16,217 bases of DNA from Candidatus Hadarchaeota archaeon (lineage in GTDB: Archaea > CAYQAE01 > CAYVLA01), in assembly GCA_964452145.1 (NCBI GenBank), contig CAYVLA010000071.1, positions 1-16,217 on the forward strand, written 5' to 3'. The first letter of the stretch is position 1. Every line of letters starts with the position of its first letter. A model generated the notes under the pieces. The model was not told the origin of the DNA. It made no database searches and was given only the letters and a program-made list of their open reading frames with translations. The position numbers were made by a program, and so were the translations under genes. Of the stretch, positions 8,442 to 16,217 are shown piece after piece.

Positions 8442-9137
8442 TTACACTCGCCCGCGTAGCCTGGAATAGAACTCGATATGGTCCTTCGAGAGGAACCCAT
8501 GCTTCAGGAGGACCTTTGTGCGCCAGTAGTAGTCCCAGAATCGATTCCCGTGCGTTGTCATCCTTCTATACAGGAGAATCTTCAGTATGAACAGGAACCT
8601 GCCAACCTTGGACATCCTTATCCACAGATCCATGTCCTGAGCTCTCTCTAATCGCGTGTCATAGCCCTTCCATCATCATGAGATCGCGCCTTGCCATCGC
8701 GGTATCCTCGATTATGTAGTCCCCCCATGCGAAGTCGGCAGGGACTCCGGGGCGCCCAAAGGTCTTGACCACATGGTCATTCTCGTCCACTAGGGGCGCT
8801 TTCCCGTGTACCAGACCCCACCCCTTTGACATGAACTTCGCTTGAACCTTCAGGGTCCAGGGGGGCCACCAGTCATCTCCACAAAGGATCGACACATAGT
8901 CCCCCGTGCATGTCTCAAGACCCAGTTGTTCCGCCCAACCGATTCCCTCCCCCTTTCGGGAATAACTGTTGAACCATGGTTTTCGGCCACGTTACTGGTA
9001 GAATCCGTGGAGCAATCGTCCACAACAACCACTTCATCTGGTGGCCGGTCTTGGTTGAACGCGCTGTCAACTGCTATCCCAATGCGCTTCTCCTCGTTTC
9101 TCGCTGGAATAATGACGCTTATGGTCGGCAAGGACAC
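8442..9137 (-). pseudogene. Family 2 glycosyltransferase with two frameshifts
   Basis: Three ORF-track pieces join into one GT2: ISVIIPARNEE...VVVDDCSTDST...HARG | shift at G5 8901-8905 | DYVSILCGDDWW...MARRDLMMMEG | shift about 8665 | YDTRLERAQDMDLWIRM...TAA 8442. Confidence 0.9.
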
Positions 9138-9500
9138 ACCCTTGGTTCAGTGCCTAATCAGTCAAATGGGTTGTATCTTGGAACAAGCGACTTATAAGTT
9201 GTTGTCCGGTCCGTATGCATTGAACGGGGCACGAAATGACCGTTCGGCAATGTGACGTGGGAGATCAGATGAGGAATCTGCAACCACATCGTCCCCTGGC
9301 GGTTCCGCATCGCTGTCGGCTTCTGGTGCCGGTCGAAGTGCTGGTTCGCATTGCATATCCGTACACGGAAGGACATCTTGTGAATCTGCCTCGGGAGTCA
9401 AAGGAGTGGTATTCATGATCGGTGGGGGCAGAATGCCATCTCATGCTGGGAATTCCCTTGCACAACACCCTGAAGCCCCCGGGGTTTCCTGCCCGAGCAG

Positions 9501-10994
9501 GTGGGGGACTTGAGCGGTTCTACCGTTCGGGAGGATAGCCCATATCGACTATACATTAGACGTGCCTCCCTCCTTGGGGTCACGAACCTGCTGGTCAGTC
9601 TCCGAGGGATCCTACTGATCCCGGTTATTGTCAAGACGCTCGGTGCGGGCGTCTATGGAGTATGGTCGCAGATCATGGTTGTAGTCTTCCTGGCCTCGAA
9701 CTTGGCTCTGTTGGGGCTTCAGAGCGCTATAACGAGGTTCCTCAGTGGAGACGAGGAGAGGCACCAACTTCGGGAAGGGTTCTACTCGATCCTCTTCGTT
9801 GGGATGGCGATCTCACTCCTGTGCACAATTGCTGCACTGCCAGCTTTGAGGTTGATGCCTTCGATCACGCAAGATCAAGTTCTAGCGGGGTCACTGTATC
9901 TCGCTCTTTGGCTGATACCTTTGTCAAGCGCCAACATCGTGGCGATGACGTATTTCATAGCTAGGAGATGGATCTCCCGGTACGTTGCCATTTCGCTGTG
10001 GAGATCATTTGGGGAGGTCTTTCTCATTGCTTTTATGATTCTTCAAGGAGGGGGTCTGCGGCAGGTCATACTCGGGTCGATCGTCGTACAGTCCTCCGCT
10101 TTCCTAATCATGATCTTTGTCATTGCAAGGCATATTGGATTCGAACTCCCAGATTTCTCCAAACTTAAGGAGTTCCTGATGCTTGGACTACCGACTCTCC
10201 TTGCGCTACTCTCTCAATGGATTGTTACCTCAAGTGATAGACTTGTCATTGGGGTTTTCATGGGAAATAAGGTTGTCGGTATCTATTCCGCAGCGTACGG
10301 AGTTGGGAATTTCGTCTTCTTCTTCATTTCCCCGCTGAGTCAAATCATGGTGCCCACCGTGGTTGCTTTCTGGGAAGAAGGGAACCAGACTCGGGCAAGG
10401 ATGTTATTGGAGCGGACGCTCAAACTCTTCCTGCTTTTCACCATTCCTGCTTTCTGCGGTCTCACCGTGCTCTCTGGTTCGATCCTGGGTCTACTTGCTA
10501 CCCAGGAGTTCGTCGCCGAGGGAAGATGGATAGTTCCTTTCGTTGCCTCGACTGGGATCCTGTATGGCGCATATGCGGTTGTCGTTCAGGCCTTCAACCT
10601 TATGAAGAACACTCGACCGGTGGGCATCACCTGGGCCGTTGCTGCTTCTGCGAATATAGCTGGGAACGTGATTCTGGTGCCATTCATCGGTACTCTCGGT
10701 GCTGCGATCTCGACCACGGTGAGCTACGGGTTGGCTTTGTTGCTTGCGGTCGCCTACGCCGATCGGTATTTTCTTCCAAGATTCCCAGCCTCGTTCTGCG
10801 TGAAGTCCGTAGCAGCTTGCACCATTATGGTGTTGGTGTTGTTCGGATTTCGTGCAAGAGGTCTTCCAAGTCTTGCTGTTGCGGTCGGCGTCGGAGCCTG
10901 TGTCTACTTCGCTTGCCTTTGGGTCTTCAGGGGATTCAGCAAACCAGAGCTTGACTTCCTCAGAGCCTTGGTGTCTCGAAGGAACTTGCGCTGA
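9501..10994 (+). CDS. Wzx/RfbX-type oligosaccharide flippase (MOP superfamily)
   Basis: 497 aa with about 12-14 TM segments: LIPVIVKTLGAGVYG, LGLQSAITRF, SSDRLVIG...VGIYSAAY, NVILVPFIGTLGAAISTTVSY. Confidence 0.92.
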   Translation: MGDLSGSTVREDSPYRLYIRRASLLGVTNLLVSLRGILLIPVIVKTLGAGVYGVWSQIMVVVFLASNLALLGLQSAITRFLSGDEERHQLREGFYSILFVGMAISLLCTIAALPALRLMPSITQDQVLAGSLYLALWLIPLSSANIVAMTYFIARRWISRYVAISLWRSFGEVFLIAFMILQGGGLRQVILGSIVVQSSAFLIMIFVIARHIGFELPDFSKLKEFLMLGLPTLLALLSQWIVTSSDRLVIGVFMGNKVVGIYSAAYGVGNFVFFFISPLSQIMVPTVVAFWEEGNQTRARMLLERTLKLFLLFTIPAFCGLTVLSGSILGLLATQEFVAEGRWIVPFVASTGILYGAYAVVVQAFNLMKNTRPVGITWAVAASANIAGNVILVPFIGTLGAAISTTVSYGLALLLAVAYADRYFLPRFPASFCVKSVAACTIMVLVLFGFRARGLPSLAVAVGVGACVYFACLWVFRGFSKPELDFLRALVSRRNLR

Positions 10995-11250
10995 TCTGGT
11001 GGAACGAGTCTGCGACCGGATGTTGGATCTGCGAGGTTACATAAACAGCACTTATTAGGTGAGAAATGAGTTATTCAGCGGTACCCGCATGCTTATGGGC
11101 CCGTGCGGCGGCTGCGCAGAACCATATTAAGTCAAAGGTCGATTCCAGGGTATCTTCGATTCGCAGTCGCGGGGCATTCCCGGGATTCAGGCGGATACTT
11201 CGACTGTGGACTGAGGGGTTCGTGTCCTTGGTTGATGTCGAGGGTGTGCG

Positions 11251-11670
11251 ATGAGAATCATCCATATCTACAACACAGAGGGAGTACCTTCCAACCTGGC
11301 ACGGGCCCAGAGAATGCTGGGCAACCAAGCAAAGGTCTTCACACAACAGCATCCGCTCAGTTCTGATGCAGACATTCAGGTACCCTTCAACCCTCGGCTC
11401 TTCTATCTAAAGGCATTCAAGGAACTTCTGAGGGGATATGACATTGTGCACTGGCATGGAGCTTTCGGGAAGCTGGTTCACGATCGGCATGAACAGATCC
11501 AGGATCGCCAAGTCACTTGGAAGCAAGTTTGTCCTCCACTGTCGCGGAGATGATGTGCGAGGCAAACCCATCGCCGTTTCGGATTCTGTGTTGGTATGGT
11601 AAGTACGTTGGACCTCAAGGAATTTATCCGAGGCCCGGCAGCGCGGATACTCAATCCTGTTGATCTGCCA
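11251..11670 (+). pseudogene. GT4-like glycosyltransferase N-terminal remnant with two frameshifts
   Basis: MRIIHIYNTEGV...GYDIVHWHG; the +1 frame gives KFVLHCRGDDVRGK (HCRGDDVR at 11537-11560); the original frame resumes VSTLDLKEF...ILNPVDLP (11599-11670). No C-terminal domain follows. Confidence 0.78.
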
Positions 11671-11689
11671 AGGCACGGTTGGAGGACTG

Positions 11690-12196
11690 CCGCGGAACGG
11701 TACAAGGACATGCAGGACCGGGGAGTGCTTCTGCCGCAGAGGCGCAAGCTGTCTCGCCAACCAGTCGGCCCGGAACTTCTGTAGAATCATGACCAACTCT
11801 CCCCTGAAGGACTCGAGTTCTGCCTCGACCTTTCCTACAAGCTGGGCGTTCCTCAGTTCTGTCTCTTGGGGCCAGCTTGTCGACAGCGGGTTTGGCGGTG
11901 GGCTCTTGACCCCAGTTGGCGGAGAGATCTGGTATGACACAGTAGACTTGGCCTACGGCCCGCGCCATCTGTCTCGCAAGCTGGAACTCGCTTAGCACGG
12001 CGTAAGTATTGTTGTCGGTCTTGATGTTGGCCTCTCCCGCAAGCACGTTCCCAAGGTCCCAGGTCAGATGGCGCGCTGGCTTCTCATTGCAGATGTATTC
12101 CATTCTTGCAACCCCGAAGCTGATGGGCGTCGTTAGAAGCAGGACCATCAACAGCACGCTTGATGGGAACCGGTTGAGGGCGAGGGCCCTGGGCAA
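11690..12196 (-). pseudogene. Possible remnant of a secreted or membrane-anchored hypothetical protein downstream of aglB
   Basis: TTG 12196, 57 nt after the aglB stop; N-terminal hydrophobic stretch SVLLMVLLLTTPISFG. The most protein-like text switches frame at about 11870 (ETELRNAQLVGKVEAELESFRGELVMILQKFRADWL). No family recognised. Confidence 0.3.
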
Positions 12197-12253
12197 GCCT
12201 CTTCCCGTCCCAGGAAGTTGGTCCAGTCGTCGCGCTCTCTGGACTCCTCCATA

Positions 12254-14239
12254 TCAGTCGTTCAACGCGTCGTAGTTTACCTTGTATATCTTGACCGCGG
12301 TATCCCGGTAGGCGGTGCCTGAGGGAGACTGATGGATGAGTTCGAAGTTCCTCGCAGCCGAATCCTGCTGGGCGAAGATCAGCTTGTAGATCGTCGTGTT
12401 TCTTCCCTTGGGCGTCAGATCGGTCCAGGACACGCTGCCCGTCTCTGTATTGTACTTGTAATAGCCATCGGGGAAATCGGTGATGTTCCCGACTATCTGG
12501 GCAAATGCGCCGGCGAGCCAGAAATCGTGGTCGGGTACCACGACGTAGGCAACGTCGTACTGTTTGTATATCTGCACCGCCACATCCTCGGGTGAGAGGT
12601 AGGCTGTTGCGGTGTTTTGGATCGTGGTGAAGTTGGTCGTGGCACCATCGGATACGCATCTCCTCTGCGCCACGGAGGTGATCCAATGGCCATAGTCCCA
12701 CCACGCCAGCACTATCGAGTCCTCGGGGGTGTGCTTGTTGAGCCATTGCAGGGCATCATTCCAGCCCACGCCGAGAACCGGGGTACGACCCTGGACAAGA
12801 TCCAGCCCCATGAAGATCGATGGCGTCAGAAAGAAGATTATGGCCAGAGCTGCCAGGGGACCCCCAGCCTTTGCCAGGGTGATCTCCCTCCGGATCTCGC
12901 TTCTGGCCTGTCTGGACCCTTCCTTCCTGAGGGCCTCTAGGGACCGCTGCCTTGAGACCATTGCGATGAACTCGGTCACCGCAATCGCAGCCAGAACACA
13001 GAGGGCGGGCGTCAGCAGCATCGTGCTCCTTATCGCAGAGAGGCCCGCGTAGAAGCCCGATGCCGCCCACAGGACCATCAGAACATCCTCCAGTCTTCTC
13101 CTGTGAAGCGAGAAGACGGCGCCCGCGATGGCAAGGAAGGGGTAGAAACCGTAGCGCGAGAACCAGTCGCCGAACGTGGGCTTGGCATACTCCTGAACCG
13201 TGATGTGCATGCCGATCTCGGGTGATTTGAACGGGTTCAGCATTATGAGGAACTTCTCGGCAACCCTGAACTCTATGATCCCCAGCGTCGACCCGTACAA
13301 GGGAAAGAACGCCACGAGAGCGCCTATGACCAGGAAGACTACGATGGCCGTGCGCCTCGGGATCATCTCCCTTGCCACGGCGATCCTGGTAAGGATCAGG
13401 TAGCCCCCGAGGCCCATCGTGGCGAGCGCGTGTATGAGGACGAAGGGGTTCTGCAGGCGCCAGTTGGGCAGGGCGGTGCACAGGACCAGCATGGAGAGGC
13501 TCAGCGCTAGTAGGCCGACCACGGTTGAATCCGGTATCTCGAGGATGCTGGGGATGTCCAATAGGATCACTATCAGGTAGAAGGCTGACAGCAGGAGCAG
13601 GATGTAGGTGAAACCTCCCCAAGTCATTGCGACAAAGCCCATGAACAGCCCGGCGATCAGACCCTTCAGGACGCTTTCGTAGAGATCGCCCCCCTTCAGC
13701 AGCCTCACCATGGCGGCGAATCCGACCAGCATCAACGGGATGGCCAGACACTCCTTGTCGGTGACGCCGCCCATGGTGCGGTTGAGGAATTCGGGGATAG
13801 TTGCCAGAAGGAGGGCGGCAATCAGGCCCGTCTTCACATCTCTGAGATCCTTGGCGATGAAGTAGATCGGTAGCACGGTAGTGGACCCCGCGATCGCGGC
13901 AAAGATCACGGTCCAGAACGGAAGCGTGATGCCCATCCCCAGGAATCTGAGGAAGAGGTAGGTGTACGCCACCGCAAAGGGCAGAAGGGGCATCTCCAGG
14001 GTGAGCGGCCTTCCGCCGGGCTGCCATCCAAGATTGTCCCAGACGGGATAGTATCCCTTCTCGACCACGTCCCTGGCCATCCGGAACATGAAGAAGGCAT
14101 CGGGGTCCATGATGCTGTTGTAGCGTGCTGGAACCATTCTGATGCCAAATGATAGTAGGAGGATGAGGAGTAGGGCCATCAGCGGCCAGCTTCTGAGCGT
14201 CTCGGGCGACAGGGATAGGCGGGACGACGTCCACTTCAC
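12254..14239 (-). CDS. aglB: Oligosaccharyltransferase STT3/AglB (paralog 1)
   Basis: IMDPDAFFMFR, WQPGGR, RTMGGVTDKE, WGGFTY, TVQE (13190-13201), WWDYG (12689-12703), DGATTNFT, VKIYKV. Start GTG 14239 (alternative ATG 14179) downstream of TATATATT. The ORF-track start at 14464 overlaps paralog 2 and is rejected. Confidence 0.96.
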   Translation of the reverse strand: MKWTSSRLSLSPETLRSWPLMALLLILLLSFGIRMVPARYNSIMDPDAFFMFRMARDVVEKGYYPVWDNLGWQPGGRPLTLEMPLLPFAVAYTYLFLRFLGMGITLPFWTVIFAAIAGSTTVLPIYFIAKDLRDVKTGLIAALLLATIPEFLNRTMGGVTDKECLAIPLMLVGFAAMVRLLKGGDLYESVLKGLIAGLFMGFVAMTWGGFTYILLLLSAFYLIVILLDIPSILEIPDSTVVGLLALSLSMLVLCTALPNWRLQNPFVLIHALATMGLGGYLILTRIAVAREMIPRRTAIVVFLVIGALVAFFPLYGSTLGIIEFRVAEKFLIMLNPFKSPEIGMHITVQEYAKPTFGDWFSRYGFYPFLAIAGAVFSLHRRRLEDVLMVLWAASGFYAGLSAIRSTMLLTPALCVLAAIAVTEFIAMVSRQRSLEALRKEGSRQARSEIRREITLAKAGGPLAALAIIFFLTPSIFMGLDLVQGRTPVLGVGWNDALQWLNKHTPEDSIVLAWWDYGHWITSVAQRRCVSDGATTNFTTIQNTATAYLSPEDVAVQIYKQYDVAYVVVPDHDFWLAGAFAQIVGNITDFPDGYYKYNTETGSVSWTDLTPKGRNTTIYKLIFAQQDSAARNFELIHQSPSGTAYRDTAVKIYKVNYDALND

Positions 14240-14367
14240 CCTTGGTGAGGGCCCGGTGAGGGCGAACTCTGAAATATATATCCCATCCGGAGGGCCGCGG
14301 ACATCCCGAGCGGAAGCAACAGTACAAGTAATAAGGTGCCGCCTCACCGGAGCGAGAGTCGAGCACC
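14240..14367. promoter_or_regulatory. Divergent promoter region between the two aglB genes
   Basis: 128 bp. TATATATT on the minus strand (14281-14274) and GTAATAAG on the plus strand (14328-14335), each about 32-42 nt from the respective start codon. Confidence 0.55.
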
Positions 14368-16217
14368 ATGCTGAGGGACCTACTCCTTTCGCGTCGTTTG
14401 ATACTCCTTCAGGTCGCGTCGCTGCTTCTGCTGTACGCGGCGGGGACGTATGTGAGGCTGGCACCGATCAGCCAGTGGGGTGTGTACGTGACGGCCGATG
14501 ACCCGGTTCTGCACGTACGGGTCACCGAGTACGTATACGAGAACGGGCACCTGCCAAGGAACGATACACTGGCCTGGTACCCATGGGGTCAGAACTGGGA
14601 GAGAGCCCTTCCGAACTTTCGATACTACCTCACTGCCTTCTCTTACTGGATGGCCCGGCTTCTGGGCGCTGGGATGAGCCTCTACGACTTCTGCGTATTC
14701 TTCCCAGCGTTCTTCGCTCCTCTGGCCATCTTTCCCATGTTCCTCCTGGTCAGGCAGCTGAAGGACTGGAAGGCCGGCTTGGTCGCGTCGGGGGTCCTCG
14801 TGCTTTCGGCAGGGTACCTGACTCGGACAGTTGCAGGTTTCTACCGCCACGAGCAGGTCGGCGTGCCGCTCCTGATACTCTGCATGTATCTCTTCGTCAA
14901 GAGCATGAAGGCCGACGGATTTCGGACCAACCTCGGGTACGGGATCTCGTCTGGGATGGTTCTGGTCCTGCTCACCGGTACCTGGTCCGGTTTCAGATTC
15001 CTCCTGGACGGCTACGCCGTCTTCGTCTTCTTGATGATTGTACTGGGGAGAATTGACCGGAGGCTCATGGTGGCGTATGTGGCCACGAACGGCCTGGCCC
15101 TGGCCTCCACGTTCGTATGGCCCAATCTGAGTTACTACTTCTACACCACTTTTGAGTTCATGATTGCGTTCGTCGTGGTCATCATGGCGCTTTTTTACGA
15201 GTACGTTCTGAGACGCCGTGTCGATGCCTCGAAGTTGCCCGCGGCGGTGGTCGGCCTGAGCACCTTCCTCTTCATGGTCATGCTGGTCACGGTGAGCAGT
15301 CTGCCTGCCGGAAGGCTGGAACTGGTCGTGAATCCGCTGCGAATCCCTCCACCTGGTGATGTATCCCAGACGGTGGCCGAGCATGCCAGCATGCGTCTGT
15401 CCTTTTCGGGGGGCAAGATGGATTGGCCTGCTCTCAGCTCATATGGCATCTTCCTCTTCTTGGTGCCCATGGGAATCGTGCTGCCCTTTTTGAGGCACAG
15501 GAAAGCCGAAGATTCGAACGTGCATGTGCTGGCTTTGTTGGTTTTCTGCACCTTCCTGCTCTTCCTGGCCCTTGACCCCTATCCTGCGCTTGTGTGCTTT
15601 GCGCTCCTACTCCTGGCCCTTCTTGGGCTCTGGCTTCTCACCCCCGTTGAGCACCACCCGACCCCAGAGGATGTGATGATGATCCTTTTCGCCCTCCTCT
15701 CGGCGTACTTCTTCAAGAACATGATCAGGCTGAACATACTCTTCTCATCCTTCGTGGCGATTCAGTCCGGCCTGTGTCTTGGCTACGCCTTCGGAGCGGT
15801 TGAATCAATCGTCAAAGAGGCAAAGCTCGAAAGGCCCGAGCCTCGGTCAAGGAGACGAAGGGACAGGCGCAGGCGTAGGCGAGAGATTCCATCGGAGAAA
15901 CCTGCCGAGGCCCCAGAGCGAATGGACTACGGCCAGATCGTCCTGGCCTCACTGATCGCGGTGCTGCTGGTCTGGACCATGATGGGCTCGTACAAGTCGG
16001 CTAGAAACTACCCTCTGGGTCTTAGAGAGGACTGGTTCCAGGCCCTGGACTGGATCGAGCAGAACTCCGATCCCGATGACGTGATAATGTCGTGGTGGGA
16101 CTACGGGTACTGGATTCAGACCTACGCCAACAGGACCACGATCGCGGACGGAGCCACTACGAACAGCACCCAGATCAGAAAACTGGCTAGGGCGTTTGTC
16201 ACGAACGAGAAAGCGGC
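14368..16217 (+). CDS. aglB: Oligosaccharyltransferase STT3/AglB (paralog 2); 3' end runs off the window
   Basis: Manual translation from ATG 14368 is open to the window end: YVTADDPVLHVR, WYPWGQ, RTVAGFYRHE, WSGFRF, TVAEH (15370-15384), MIRL, WFQALDWI, MSWWDYGYWI (WWDYG at 16093-16107), ADGATTNSTQI. Confidence 0.96.
   Translation, partial: MLRDLLLSRRLILLQVASLLLLYAAGTYVRLAPISQWGVYVTADDPVLHVRVTEYVYENGHLPRNDTLAWYPWGQNWERALPNFRYYLTAFSYWMARLLGAGMSLYDFCVFFPAFFAPLAIFPMFLLVRQLKDWKAGLVASGVLVLSAGYLTRTVAGFYRHEQVGVPLLILCMYLFVKSMKADGFRTNLGYGISSGMVLVLLTGTWSGFRFLLDGYAVFVFLMIVLGRIDRRLMVAYVATNGLALASTFVWPNLSYYFYTTFEFMIAFVVVIMALFYEYVLRRRVDASKLPAAVVGLSTFLFMVMLVTVSSLPAGRLELVVNPLRIPPPGDVSQTVAEHASMRLSFSGGKMDWPALSSYGIFLFLVPMGIVLPFLRHRKAEDSNVHVLALLVFCTFLLFLALDPYPALVCFALLLLALLGLWLLTPVEHHPTPEDVMMILFALLSAYFFKNMIRLNILFSSFVAIQSGLCLGYAFGAVESIVKEAKLERPEPRSRRRRDRRRRRREIPSEKPAEAPERMDYGQIVLASLIAVLLVWTMMGSYKSARNYPLGLREDWFQALDWIEQNSDPDDVIMSWWDYGYWIQTYANRTTIADGATTNSTQIRKLARAFVTNEKA

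Noticed and set aside
9472..9488. GAAGCCCCCGGGGTTTC hairpin as an IS200/IS605 end or terminator
   Set aside because: Short, with no tnpA/tnpB, no partner end and no T-tract.
12756..14369. 537-aa minus-strand ORF in an alternative frame of aglB-1
   Set aside because: Arg/Pro/Gly-rich off-frame shadow expected from high GC3; no motifs.
14240..14464. N-terminal extension of aglB-1 in the ORF track
   Set aside because: It spans the TATA boxes and overlaps the start of aglB-2.
14380..15384. 334-aa minus-strand ORF
   Set aside because: Antisense shadow of aglB-2.

Overview
Archaeal (about 55-60% GC, TATA/GGTGA-type signals, probably TACK/Asgard-like, by inference) protein N-glycosylation locus. 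The right end holds two divergent, head-to-head STT3/AglB oligosaccharyltransferase paralogs. One is complete on the minus strand. The other runs off the window on the plus strand and is missed by the ORF track. Their motifs differ: DKE vs RHE, TVQE vs TVAE, an atypical DxxL at the DK position in AglB-1, and an extra transmembrane hairpin in AglB-2. The rest is a mosaic glycan-biosynthesis cluster: Gfo/Idh/MocA sugar dehydrogenase, ArnT/PMT-like GT-C enzyme, two intact GT2s, an asparagine-synthase-like protein without a glutaminase domain, and a Wzx-type flippase. These are interleaved with decaying genes: two GT4 remnants, a doubly frameshifted GT2, and a degenerate rimI/ard1-yjbQ-trm112 block fused to a GT4 stub at an apparent deletion junction. 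A 4x15-bp tandem array of imperfect palindromes lies at 7835-7896. No RNA genes, CRISPR arrays or transposases were recognised.
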